This document shows positions 19,090-28,259 of a stretch of 64,000 nt of DNA, in pieces. Made by a program: the position numbers and the translations under genes. The notes under the pieces were generated by a model. The model searched no databases. It was not told the DNA's origin and saw only the letters and a program-made list of their open reading frames with translations. Source of the DNA: Candidatus Magasanikiibacteriota bacterium (GTDB lineage Bacteria > Patescibacteriota > Patescibacteriia > Magasanikbacterales > 2-02-FULL-50-9b); NCBI GenBank assembly GCA_943355025.1, contig CALRDW010000001.1, forward strand, positions 60,015 to 124,014, given 5' to 3'. How positions within the stretch are numbered: the stretch's first letter is position 1; each line of letters opens with the position of its first letter.

Positions 19090-19854
19090 ATGGAAATGCA
19101 AGAACAGCAGAGCTCGTGGATGAATTCACTCCCACCGAAAGTACTTTTTATCGGTGGTTTGGTCGGCGGCATCATGACACTTTGCACAATCGGTTTTTTT
19201 ATTCTTCTCGGCATGATGGTTAGTGGCAAGTCAATTGGATCGCTTGCAAAAGCACCAGTGGCAAATGTTGCAGCACCAACACCTGACGCCGCCGCACCAA
19301 CACCTGCGGGAAAACCAGCGGCGGTTACAGCTGATGATCACATTTTGGGCAACAAGAACGCAAAAGTTACGCTTATTGAATATTCCGATTTTCAGTGCCC
19401 ATTTTGCAGTCGTTTTGCGCCAGTTGCGCTTCAACTTGTTAATGATTCCCAAGGAAAAGTTGCGCTTGTTTACCGCAATTTTCCGCTTGAGTCAATTCAT
19501 CCAATGGCATTTAAGTCGGCTGTTGCAGCCGAGTGTGTCGCATCACTGCGTGGGAACGATGTGTACTGGAAGTACCACACAGATTTATTTAACAATCAGG
19601 GCGCGCTCAGCGATCAGATGCTCACGAACACAGCGGTTAAGCTTGGCGTGAACAAAGCTCAGTTTGAGACATGTATCAACTCGAAGAAATTTGATGCAAA
19701 AATTAAAGCCACAGAAGCAGAAGGTGAATCAATCGGAGTTCAAGGAACGCCAGCAACGTTTGTTGTTGCGGCTGACGGATCATCGGAGCTTATTCCAGGC
19801 GCACTTCCGCTTGAACAGGCAAAAGTTTATGTTGATCGCGCACTTGCAAAATAA
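19090..19854 (+). CDS. DsbA-family thiol-disulfide oxidoreductase, membrane-anchored
   Basis: EYSDFQCPFC, FPLESIH, GVQGTP. Confidence 0.9.
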   Translation: MEMQEQQSSWMNSLPPKVLFIGGLVGGIMTLCTIGFFILLGMMVSGKSIGSLAKAPVANVAAPTPDAAAPTPAGKPAAVTADDHILGNKNAKVTLIEYSDFQCPFCSRFAPVALQLVNDSQGKVALVYRNFPLESIHPMAFKSAVAAECVASLRGNDVYWKYHTDLFNNQGALSDQMLTNTAVKLGVNKAQFETCINSKKFDAKIKATEAEGESIGVQGTPATFVVAADGSSELIPGALPLEQAKVYVDRALAK

Positions 19855-19869
19855 TTATCCGCTTATCCA

Positions 19870-20205
19870 CAGGGATAAGCTGTGGCCAGAGTTGTTTGCA
19901 CAGTGCTCAGTGGCATGGTACGGTGAGCGTGCTCTGAAACACTTTGGCCTTGGCCACACACGAATCACCTGAGCATTCTCGGGGGTCGTAGGTCTGCGGT
20001 ATACAAAGGAGGGGAGCCACTTGACGCGTACGAGGAGGGCGCCGCATCACCGAGATTGATGCGCATGGAATTTTTGGCTTGTTGGGGGACGGCTGGGGAC
20101 TCCCTGGGGGTGGTTTTAAGTGAAGAGGGTATCTCGCACATGGTGTTATACAAACGTATGGAGGGGCATAAACCCCCTGGATTTTCCAGGGGGTTTATGT
20201 TATAA
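19870..20205 (+). pseudogene. Possible frameshifted gene remnant (or structured non-coding region)
   Basis: Two open frames joinable by one inserted C near 19968; no start codon or SD. Confidence 0.3.
20167..20199. terminator. Perfect 14-bp stem-loop (terminator or REP-like)
   Basis: CATAAACCCCCTGG-ATTTT-CCAGGGGGTTTATG. Confidence 0.7.
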
Positions 20206-20217
20206 TCGGACCGATTT

Positions 20218-21354
20218 ATGAAGATTCTCATGGTAATTACAGAGGGAGACCTCGGTGGCGCGCAGCGCCATGTACTCGACGCGTCGCGTGAGCTTATTCG
20301 TCGTGGGCACGTTGTTACTATTGCTGTCGGTGGTACAGCGACTGAAATGGAAAAAGCTGCTGCAACCGAAAGCCCTGTAGTTTCTGTGCGGCGTGTTCCA
20401 TATCTTGCTCGACCAATTCGCCTCATGCAGGATGTGCGCGTGATTATTGCGCTTTTCAAACTTGTAAAAGAATTGAAGCCAGATATTGTACATTGTCACA
20501 GCTCAAAAGCTGGAGCTGTTGGTTCGGTGGCGGGGAAACTTGCGGGCGCTCGTGTTGTGTATACGGCGCATGGTTTTGTATTTCGTGAGGAATTATCTCC
20601 CAAAATTAAATTTTTATATCGGTGGGTTGAAATAATCGCATCGTGGTTTCGCGACAAAGTTATTACTGTTTCACGGAGCGACGCTGAGGAGGCAATTCGT
20701 CGGCATATAGTCCCGGCTCGCAAAATCGTTACAATCCAAAATGGAATTGATGAGATGTTGGCGGCAACTTTTTATAGTCGTGCAAATGCACGCGCTACGC
20801 TATCCGAATGGTGTGGAAACGATGTGTCCGCAAATAAGCTCGTGGTTGCAATTGCGAATATGTATCCAGCAAAAAATGTGCCGCTGCTCATTCGTGCATT
20901 TGAGTTCGTGTATCGACGCTTGCCAGACGCGCGGCTCATTGTTATTGGAGACGGAAAGGAGCGTCCGCAGTGCGAAAAAATTATCGCTGACACGCCGGCG
21001 TTGCAGAAGACGGTTTTTCTTGTCGGTAAACGAACAGATGCCTATCGAATTTTACGTGGCGCTGATGTGCTATGTTTATCGTCGACAAAAGAAGGTTTGC
21101 CCTACGTAATTTTAGAAGCGAAACTTGCAGGAACACCTGTTGTTGCAACGCGGGTTGGGGGCGTGCCTGAAATGGGTGAAGCTCCTCAGTTGACTTTGGT
21201 TGTTCCGCATTCGGCAGAAATGTTATCTGAAGCGATTGTTGAAACGTGTCGAAATCCGCGTCCTCCTGCAGAAGGTCGACTAGAACATCAATTTACACTC
21301 GTCGGAATGGTGGATGCGATTGAAGACGTGTACGAACAGGTGATGAAAAGCTAA
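20218..21354 (+). CDS. Glycosyltransferase family 4
   Basis: GGAQRHV, PDIVHCHSSKAG, YTAHG, EGLPYVILEA. Confidence 0.92.
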   Translation: MKILMVITEGDLGGAQRHVLDASRELIRRGHVVTIAVGGTATEMEKAAATESPVVSVRRVPYLARPIRLMQDVRVIIALFKLVKELKPDIVHCHSSKAGAVGSVAGKLAGARVVYTAHGFVFREELSPKIKFLYRWVEIIASWFRDKVITVSRSDAEEAIRRHIVPARKIVTIQNGIDEMLAATFYSRANARATLSEWCGNDVSANKLVVAIANMYPAKNVPLLIRAFEFVYRRLPDARLIVIGDGKERPQCEKIIADTPALQKTVFLVGKRTDAYRILRGADVLCLSSTKEGLPYVILEAKLAGTPVVATRVGGVPEMGEAPQLTLVVPHSAEMLSEAIVETCRNPRPPAEGRLEHQFTLVGMVDAIEDVYEQVMKS

Positions 21355-22010
21355 TAGATTTCAAAGTGAATGTTTAGTGGTGCGGCTCCAGCGCTGAGAA
21401 GTTGTGCACGAACTTCCATAACCATCTCGGGATTGCCACAAATATACCAAGCAGCGTTTGGGTGTTTGGATAGGAGATCAGGAACATAAGCCGTTACACG
21501 GCCAACGCAGCCTGACCATTCTTCGGTGGGTTGAGTGAGGGTGATGAGAGAATTTGCAGGCAGTTTTTCTTGCCAAAATAAATCTGAGTTCGTTCGCACA
21601 CCGAAAAGAATTGTCGCAGGTACGCTTGAATTGCTTTCAATAAAACTTATAATCGGTGCAATGCCTGTGCCGGTTGCAATATAAACGCGATCTGTATCAG
21701 CGGGATTTAAAATAAACCGGCCCATTGGTTTCGAAACATCAATTTTCGTGCCAGGCTCACTTTGAGCGAGATATCCGGAAATGTGTCCGTCAGGGTTGTG
21801 TTTCATGAGAAACGTAATTTCGTGCGCAGTTGGGGCACAGGCAAAAGAGAATGCACGCGCATATTTTTTTTCAGCTTCTAGCTGTTTGAGCATAACAAAT
21901 TGACCCGCTTCAAAGGGGAATGCCGCACCTGGAGAATCAGAATCGACTACAAAAGAATAGCTGCGAACGTCAGGGGTTAAAATGTGGTGTGACAAAAGTT
22001 TGAGTTGCAT
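21351..22010 (-). CDS. FAD/NAD(P)-binding oxidoreductase (FNR-like)
   Basis: FEAGQF, RAFS, ATGTGIAP, YICGNPEMV, C-terminal FEIY. Confidence 0.88.
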   Translation of the reverse strand: MQLKLLSHHILTPDVRSYSFVVDSDSPGAAFPFEAGQFVMLKQLEAEKKYARAFSFACAPTAHEITFLMKHNPDGHISGYLAQSEPGTKIDVSKPMGRFILNPADTDRVYIATGTGIAPIISFIESNSSVPATILFGVRTNSDLFWQEKLPANSLITLTQPTEEWSGCVGRVTAYVPDLLSKHPNAAWYICGNPEMVMEVRAQLLSAGAAPLNIHFEIY

Positions 22011-22097
22011 GTCCACAATTTAACCACACTTGACAATTTTTGAAAACCTGCTACCTAGTTAATTGTTGCCAACAGACAGGCAATTGGAGGAAAACCT

Positions 22098-22697
22098 ATG
22101 TTACTCGATATGGGAAGTCAAGTCGCAGCGCCATCAGTAACGCGTGTTATTGACGCACGAGCAGTGCATGCGCGCATTCTCTGGGATAACGGTTGGGGCC
22201 GTGGACGCTTCAAGAATTTTGAGGCGTATGTTTCGAGTATTCCTCGTATTCCAGTTATGCCGCGTGGTACCCGCTTCAACAAGCTGGTACTTGTTGACAC
22301 GACGCTTGTCCTCACGGATGCGTGTCGTGTTCTCGGGATTGAGTATGGTGGGGACAACACTGTATTCACACACTATCCGAATCGGCCGCCCCCGGCTGAA
22401 GCTTACTGGATGTGGATGCAGGATGGTGAATCTACTCTCGGACTCTCAGGGTTTGACTGTGTTTCTGCCGCCCCCGCGAAAGAAATCTTTCTAACCGCGG
22501 CTGAAGGTGTATGTTGGTATGCAGGTAATACCGGAGTGCTTTTTGGTCGTTCTGTTGAATTGCCAGGATCACGGCTCGGAAGTTTTCCTGTCTACTCTGC
22601 ATGCCTCATGGTGCATGAGGGACAACCAACGCTTGGTGTCACGGAATATTGTGTTGGAAGTCCAGATCGCGGCTCTGCATCGGCATGGGGCGGCTAG
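22098..22697 (+). CDS. Hypothetical protein, DUF5701-like (probable C-type lectin fold)
   Basis: QDG..TLG, LTAAEGV, LPGSR, P.LG...GSAS pattern; GGAGG SD. Confidence 0.6.
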   Translation: MLLDMGSQVAAPSVTRVIDARAVHARILWDNGWGRGRFKNFEAYVSSIPRIPVMPRGTRFNKLVLVDTTLVLTDACRVLGIEYGGDNTVFTHYPNRPPPAEAYWMWMQDGESTLGLSGFDCVSAAPAKEIFLTAAEGVCWYAGNTGVLFGRSVELPGSRLGSFPVYSACLMVHEGQPTLGVTEYCVGSPDRGSASAWGG

Positions 22698-22773
22698 GAT
22701 TGACTTTTTTCGTGTCGACCTGTAGCCTTAGTTTCACGACCGAGCTGTTTCGGCGTTTAATGAGGATGGTTGA

Positions 22774-23859
22774 GTGATGCTAAGTCTAAGAAATTCGCGA
22801 GTTCCTGCTGAATGGGAAGTACAAAGTGGCATCATGATGGTCTTGCCGCACAAGGACAGTGATTGGGAGCCTGTTCTTGCACGAGCACAGAGTTGTGTCG
22901 CAACCATCTGTGCAACACTCACGCGATTTGGTCAACACGTTCTGCTTGTTGTTCCACCGGATGAAACAACGACAGCATGTCGTATTCTGGAGAGGGCAGG
23001 CGTTGACCTCGGTCTCATACATATGTATGAGGTTGCGACAAACGATACATGGATTCGAGATTTCGGTCCGGTTACTGTTTGGTCTGGCGGGGGTTACAGA
23101 CTGTTAGACTTCAAATTCACGGCGTGGGGCGGGAAATTTGCGTACGACAAAGATAATTTGGTGACTGGTATTCTGCATGCTGCAGGAGCATTTGCACCTG
23201 GTATTGAACGCGTTGTGGTCCCTCTCGTGCTCGAGGGCGGCGCCATCGAATCAGATGGCAACGGAGTTATTTTGACAACTGCCTCGTGTCAAAATAATCC
23301 GAATCGAAATTGGGGCCTTAGTAGACGAGAAATTGAATTCGCTATGGACCGCCTTGGCGCGTATCGAGTTGTATGGATTCTGAACGGCTATTTACGCGGT
23401 GATGACACGGACTTTCACATCGACGTTGCGGCGCGATTCGCGCCGGGGAACAAGATCGTTTATATCGGTTGTGATGATCCGAACGACGAACATTTCGAGC
23501 CACTCGCGCGCATGCGTGAGGAGCTTTCAGAAATTTCTTCGTACGGCGCTGATGCTGGTCGGTATAAACTGCTCCAATTGCCCTGGCCGCGTGCGAAATA
23601 TGTTGGTGGCAAACGTCTCGCGCTTTCGTATGCGAATTACCTTATCTCCAATGCCGGTCGTGGCTGCAAGGTTGTGCTTGTTCCGCAGTACGAAGATCCT
23701 GCGGACGCTGTTGCACTTGCTGTTGTGAAAAAGGCGTATCCGGAATTTGTCGTAGTTGGTATTGATTGCCGTGTGCTCGTTGAACAGGGCGGTTCATTGC
23801 ACTGTATGACGATGCAACTTCCAATGGGCGTTCTTAACGTGGGTAAAAAATCTCGGTAG
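22774..23859 (+). CDS. Agmatine deiminase / PPAD-family protein
   Basis: PAEWE, NDTWIRDFGP, LEGGAIESDG, DDTDFHID, SYANYL, GGSLHCMT (catalytic Cys). Confidence 0.92.
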   Translation: MMLSLRNSRVPAEWEVQSGIMMVLPHKDSDWEPVLARAQSCVATICATLTRFGQHVLLVVPPDETTTACRILERAGVDLGLIHMYEVATNDTWIRDFGPVTVWSGGGYRLLDFKFTAWGGKFAYDKDNLVTGILHAAGAFAPGIERVVVPLVLEGGAIESDGNGVILTTASCQNNPNRNWGLSRREIEFAMDRLGAYRVVWILNGYLRGDDTDFHIDVAARFAPGNKIVYIGCDDPNDEHFEPLARMREELSEISSYGADAGRYKLLQLPWPRAKYVGGKRLALSYANYLISNAGRGCKVVLVPQYEDPADAVALAVVKKAYPEFVVVGIDCRVLVEQGGSLHCMTMQLPMGVLNVGKKSR

Positions 23860-23907
23860 ACTCGCGCACCGCATAAACACGGATTCTGCGACAGCTGGGA
23901 TTACGAT

Positions 23908-23947
23908 GCGCTGCTTATTTCTGGCAACAGATTGGGCAGCGTTTTTT
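23908..23947 (+). terminator. Intrinsic terminator
   Basis: GCGCTGCTTA...TGGGCAGCGT followed by T-run. Confidence 0.7.
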
Positions 23948-23969
23948 ATTTTCTGAGCGCTTTATACCA

Positions 23970-23998
23970 TACCTTGACAGTCTGAATTAGTCCTGGTA
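23970..23998. promoter_or_regulatory. Imperfect inverted repeat over the -35 box, candidate Rrf2 operator
   Basis: TACCTTGAC-N11-GTCCTGGTA (7/9 match) overlapping TTGACA upstream of rrf2. Confidence 0.45.
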
Positions 23999-24026
23999 GT
24001 ATTCACATACTCGAAAGGTATGCTTT

Positions 24027-24443
24027 ATGGCAATGACACTGAATCGACAAACAGATTACGCGCTCCAATTTTTGTCAGCGCTCGCACGCCTGCAAACAGG
24101 TGAAAGTTTGGCGCTCTCGGTTTTTGCAAAAAAAGGACGCGTTTCATTTTTGTTCATGCAGCGAATCGTTGGAAAATTGCGCGCAGCTGGGCTTGTTGAA
24201 GCAGAACGTGGCCGAAGTGGTGGCTATAAACTAGTCAGGACTGCAGCCGAAATTACGGTACTCGACGTTGCACGCGCGCTTGAAGGCGACATGGCTGTGG
24301 TGCCGTGCTTAAAAGAGAATGATACGAGTTGTCCACACCAGGCGGTTTGCATGACCCGCACCAATTTTCATACCATCAACGCGTACATCCAGCAATATCT
24401 TAAAACAATCACACTGACAGAACTTATTGGTAAAAACGTATGA
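24027..24443 (+). CDS. Rrf2-family (IscR-like) transcriptional regulator
   Basis: TDYAL, RGRSGGY.L, C-x7-C-x5-C cluster; heads the iscS-iscU operon. Confidence 0.88.
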   Translation: MAMTLNRQTDYALQFLSALARLQTGESLALSVFAKKGRVSFLFMQRIVGKLRAAGLVEAERGRSGGYKLVRTAAEITVLDVARALEGDMAVVPCLKENDTSCPHQAVCMTRTNFHTINAYIQQYLKTITLTELIGKNV

Positions 24444-25741
24444 TCAAGCTTCCTGAACTTCCACGACGCACTGTCTACCTCGACAATGCAGCAACAACAG
24501 CAACTGATCCCCGAGTTGTTGAGGCCATGCTTCCGTATTTTACGGAGAATTTTGGAAATCCAAGCGGATTGTATTCTGCCTCGCGCAGCGCGAGTGATGC
24601 GGTACAAAGTGCACGAGATTCAATTGCGAGCGTCCTGCACTGCCGCGCTGACGAGATTATATTTACTAGCGGTGGAACTGAAAGTGATAATCTTGCGTTG
24701 TTTGGGATTGCACGCAAGTATGGAAACAATCCAAAATGGGGAAAGCATATCATTACGTCTCAGATTGAGCACCACGCAGTACTTCTGCCGACTGAAGTTT
24801 TAAAAAAAGAAGGATTTGATATCACGGAAATTGGTGTTAACGAACACGGTGAGGTTTCTGCTCATGCAGTAATAGCAGCGATTCGCCCCGAAACCATTTT
24901 GGTTTCGATTATGTATGCGAATAATGAAATTGGGACAATTGAACCAATCGCTGAAATTGGAAAAGCAATCCGACAGTGGAAAAAAGAACACGATCGTAAG
25001 CCTCTCGATCCGCCGTTTCTCCACACAGATGCGTGTCAGGCTGCTGGCGTGCTGTCCATTGATGTTCAAGAGTTGTCGGTTGATTTGCTTACGCTTAATG
25101 GCAGTAAGCTGTACGGACCGAAAGGTGTTGGCGCATTGTTTGTGCGTCGGGGTATTCAGCTTCAGCCACAACTTGTTGGTGGTGGCCAAGAAAATCGTAT
25201 TCGTTCAGGCACAGAAAATGTTCCTGCAATCATGGGCCTCGCGCGCGCCCTCGAACTTGCACAAACGGATCGTGAATCTGAAAATACGCGCCTCTCTGAG
25301 CTCAGAAATTATTTATGGGAACACGCACAGCGCCTCATTCCAAAGCTCGTGCTTAATGGGCATCCGACAAACCGTCTACCGAACAATCTCAATTTTACAA
25401 TTCTCGACATTGAAGGTGAAGCTGCACTGCTGTATCTGGATGAATACGGTATTTCATGCTCAACCGGCTCGGCCTGCACATCGACATCACTCGATCCATC
25501 GCATGTAATTCTCGCGATGGGGAAACCATACGAGTTTGCACACGGGTCGCTTCGGTTTACGCTCGGACACTCGACAACAAAAGAGGATATCGATCACTTA
25601 CTTCTTGTGTTGCCGCCTGTTGTTGAGCTTCTGCGGTCAATTTCACCAATTAATTTATCTGTGGATCAAAAGCAAGAAGACATTGCGCTTCGTGGCGCGT
25701 TTGTTGAAGACGGCGTTCCGCACTGGATGGCAAATAAATAA
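24440..25741 (+). CDS. iscS: Cysteine desulfurase
   Basis: YLDNAATT, FTSGGTESDN, HTDACQA, KLYGPKG, STGSACTS. Confidence 0.93.
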   Translation: MIKLPELPRRTVYLDNAATTATDPRVVEAMLPYFTENFGNPSGLYSASRSASDAVQSARDSIASVLHCRADEIIFTSGGTESDNLALFGIARKYGNNPKWGKHIITSQIEHHAVLLPTEVLKKEGFDITEIGVNEHGEVSAHAVIAAIRPETILVSIMYANNEIGTIEPIAEIGKAIRQWKKEHDRKPLDPPFLHTDACQAAGVLSIDVQELSVDLLTLNGSKLYGPKGVGALFVRRGIQLQPQLVGGGQENRIRSGTENVPAIMGLARALELAQTDRESENTRLSELRNYLWEHAQRLIPKLVLNGHPTNRLPNNLNFTILDIEGEAALLYLDEYGISCSTGSACTSTSLDPSHVILAMGKPYEFAHGSLRFTLGHSTTKEDIDHLLLVLPPVVELLRSISPINLSVDQKQEDIALRGAFVEDGVPHWMANK

Positions 25742-25750
25742 ATAACTTTT

Positions 25751-26443
25751 ATGTCAGACGACATTATCGCAGTAAAACCAGTAACAACCGGCGACATGCA
25801 AAAATCAGATGTAGTTAATGCGCACACAGGACAAAAGTGGGCGTATTCACAAATTGTAAAAGAACATTTTTTCAATCCAAAAAATTTGCTTCTTGAAGAG
25901 CCGGCCCCGGGGCAATTTGATGCGCGCGGAACAGTTGGCTCTCCCGCATGCGGGGACGTTATGGATATTTGGATTAAAGTTGACCCAGCAACAAATCGAA
26001 TCGCGGATCTCAAGTGGAAAACGTTCGGTTGTGGAAGCGCAATCGCGGCAACATCGATGTTTTCTGTCATGATTACAGAAGATGGAGGGCGGACGCTTGA
26101 CGAAGCGGTGACTGTTAAGCCACAAGACATCATGGAGCGCCTCGGAGGATTGCCAAATCGAAAAATTCATTGCTCAGTTCTCGCGGATAAAGCATTTCGC
26201 AAGGCAGTAAATAATTATTATCACGCGACCGGCCAGCATGACAAAGTAGAGGTCGAGGGTGCGCGGGTAGTTGACACAAGACTTAATATTACGGACAAGG
26301 ATATCGAAGAAGCGGTGCTTGAGGGCGCAACGAATCTTGAGGAAGTGCAGAAAAAACTTAAGGTCGGTGTTGGCGATCCTGAAGCAATTCCAGATATCGA
26401 ACAACTCATCCGCTTCTACAAAGAAAAATACTACGGAGTTTAA
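25751..26443 (+). CDS. iscU: Fe-S scaffold IscU/NifU-N with C-terminal BFD-like domain
   Basis: GSPACGD, TFGCGSA, KIHCSVL; C-terminal ITDKDIEEAVLEGA. Confidence 0.88.
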   Translation: MSDDIIAVKPVTTGDMQKSDVVNAHTGQKWAYSQIVKEHFFNPKNLLLEEPAPGQFDARGTVGSPACGDVMDIWIKVDPATNRIADLKWKTFGCGSAIAATSMFSVMITEDGGRTLDEAVTVKPQDIMERLGGLPNRKIHCSVLADKAFRKAVNNYYHATGQHDKVEVEGARVVDTRLNITDKDIEEAVLEGATNLEEVQKKLKVGVGDPEAIPDIEQLIRFYKEKYYGV

Positions 26444-26510
26444 GTTGTGTGGTGAGATTGGTGTGTGTTAATTTTTTGTTGTATACTACCAGCAACAATT
26501 AATTTATAGT

Positions 26511-27185
26511 ATGAAAAAAATCTCACAGCTCTTTACAATACTGTCGTGTATGGCCCTTTCGCTTTTCATGACAACATCGGCTTTTGCTCAGGACGCTGCT
26601 GCGAATGGATCTGACCTCGGCACTGAAACTATTAATCAGTCTGCTGGGCTTGGACATGCGTCATTTGGTGCACCAACCTTGGCGTCGACTGTTGGCAACA
26701 TGGCCGCATTTATTTTTTCTTTACTTGCTGTGCTCGCAATTGTGTTTGCAATTGTGTTTGGTGTCGTATTTCTGGTTCGTCGGAGTAAATCTCAGATTGC
26801 AGCAGATGCGGCAGCAGCGCGCTCAAATCCCGCATACGTAAACCTGACAGATGAGCAGATGTACTATATTTTTGACTGGTCGTGGTCTGCGTTTTTTGGT
26901 TCGTTCGTGTGGCCGCTTGGTCAGAAGCTCTATTTGTGGGCGCTGTTTATTTTTTTGGGTGGAATTTTTCCAATCATTCCTCTTATTCTCATATATTTTC
27001 TTGGACGCGACGGTCGTCGTATGGCATGGGAAAAAGGCTGGCCTGGTTTTGAGCAGTTTCGTCATCGCCAAACCGTGATGGCCTGGGTTGTAGCAGCATG
27101 GGTTATTTTGGTACCTATTATTGTGATCAGTTTGCTCGCAACGATTGCGGCCGCTACGTTTGCATCGCTTGGTACGGGCGCGTGA
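26511..27185 (+). CDS. Membrane protein: signal peptide, pilin-like segment and WSW-AFF domain
   Basis: SAFA signal cleavage site; C-terminal domain shared with the next gene. Confidence 0.75.
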   Translation: MKKISQLFTILSCMALSLFMTTSAFAQDAAANGSDLGTETINQSAGLGHASFGAPTLASTVGNMAAFIFSLLAVLAIVFAIVFGVVFLVRRSKSQIAADAAAARSNPAYVNLTDEQMYYIFDWSWSAFFGSFVWPLGQKLYLWALFIFLGGIFPIIPLILIYFLGRDGRRMAWEKGWPGFEQFRHRQTVMAWVVAAWVILVPIIVISLLATIAAATFASLGTGA

Positions 27186-27195
27186 TATTGAACGT

Positions 27196-27993
27196 ATGAT
27201 CGACCAGGCGCTCTTTACATACATTAAAGAACAGCTGACGAACGGGTTCAGTGCCCATGAGATTCGTCATGCTGTCGTTGGTGCTGGATGGAACGCAGAC
27301 ATGGTTGATGAAATTTTAAAGGAACTTGCACCGGAGGCCGAAAGTAGGGCGTTTGGATCTGGGTATACATATGGGAGTCCGTGGGCTCCTCGTCACCCCA
27401 GCCTTGGCGCTGCATGCATTACAGTTTCAGTTGCGTTTGTTCTTATTGCAACAGAGGTTTTTGTTCAGAATTATAAGTTCGGGCATTTCGTAGCTCATCC
27501 AAATGGGGAGAGTCTTATCACAGCGTTCTCTGTTGTGGCCCTGTTCATGTCCGTTGCGATGGCATTAATTGGTATTCCCGTTGGGATCAGTTTTTTTCGA
27601 CGTCGAACGCCAGAGCAGCTCAAAGCTGCGGTGCGTGCGGCGCGCGGAAACGACCTGTATAAAAATCTAACCGACGCACAAATTGAATACATACACGAAT
27701 GGTCGTGGACAGCTTTTTTTGGAGCATTCGTCTGGCCGTGTGGGGAGCGATTATATTTATGGGGACTCGGGATGTTTCTGGGTCTCGTTATTCCGGTTAT
27801 TCCACTCATACTTGCCTTTCGTCTTGGCCGCGATGGACGTCAACTTGCATGGAAAACTGGCTGGGACGAGTTTGCGGCCTATCGTAAACACCAAACCTTG
27901 ATGTCGTGGATCGTTGCATTATTTGTTATCATTCCCCTCATGATTACCTTCGTTGCCTTGCCATTCACCTTTATTCTCGCTAAGATCGTGTAA
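27196..27993 (+). CDS. Membrane protein, paralog of the preceding gene
   Basis: Shared NLTD.Q..YI..WSW.AFFG.FVWP.G..LYLW...LGRDGR..AW..GW domain; different N-terminus. Confidence 0.75.
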   Translation: MIDQALFTYIKEQLTNGFSAHEIRHAVVGAGWNADMVDEILKELAPEAESRAFGSGYTYGSPWAPRHPSLGAACITVSVAFVLIATEVFVQNYKFGHFVAHPNGESLITAFSVVALFMSVAMALIGIPVGISFFRRRTPEQLKAAVRAARGNDLYKNLTDAQIEYIHEWSWTAFFGAFVWPCGERLYLWGLGMFLGLVIPVIPLILAFRLGRDGRQLAWKTGWDEFAAYRKHQTLMSWIVALFVIIPLMITFVALPFTFILAKIV

Positions 27994-27995
27994 CT

Positions 27996-28241
27996 ATGGA
28001 AGAAATCCCAAAGAAATCAAAAATTGCAAAAATTGTCGTAGACCGTGATGCGTGTATTGGTGCCGCCTCTTGCGTTGCTGTTGCGGGCCGGACGTTTTAT
28101 ATGGACGAAGAAAATAAAGCAGTTGTTGTCGAACCTTGGGGCGATGATGATGAAACAATATTACTCTCTGCACAATCATGCCCCGTTCTTGCAATTACAT
28201 TATTTGACACGGAAGGAAATCAAATTTATCCCGAACTTTGA
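27996..28241 (+). CDS. Monocluster ferredoxin (probably 3Fe-4S)
   Basis: CIGAASC...AQSCPVLAI. Confidence 0.9.
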   Translation: MEEIPKKSKIAKIVVDRDACIGAASCVAVAGRTFYMDEENKAVVVEPWGDDDETILLSAQSCPVLAITLFDTEGNQIYPEL

Positions 28242-28259
28242 TAGAACTTATACATTTGC

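Noticed and set aside
19863-19871. Perfect DnaA box TTATCCACA, possible oriC
   Set aside because: Single box inside a hairpin; no box cluster, AT-rich unwinding element or dnaA/dnaN nearby
19965-20459. 164-aa minus-strand ORF
   Set aside because: Largely antisense to the GT4 gene, crosses the hairpin, and has no recognisable motif or SD
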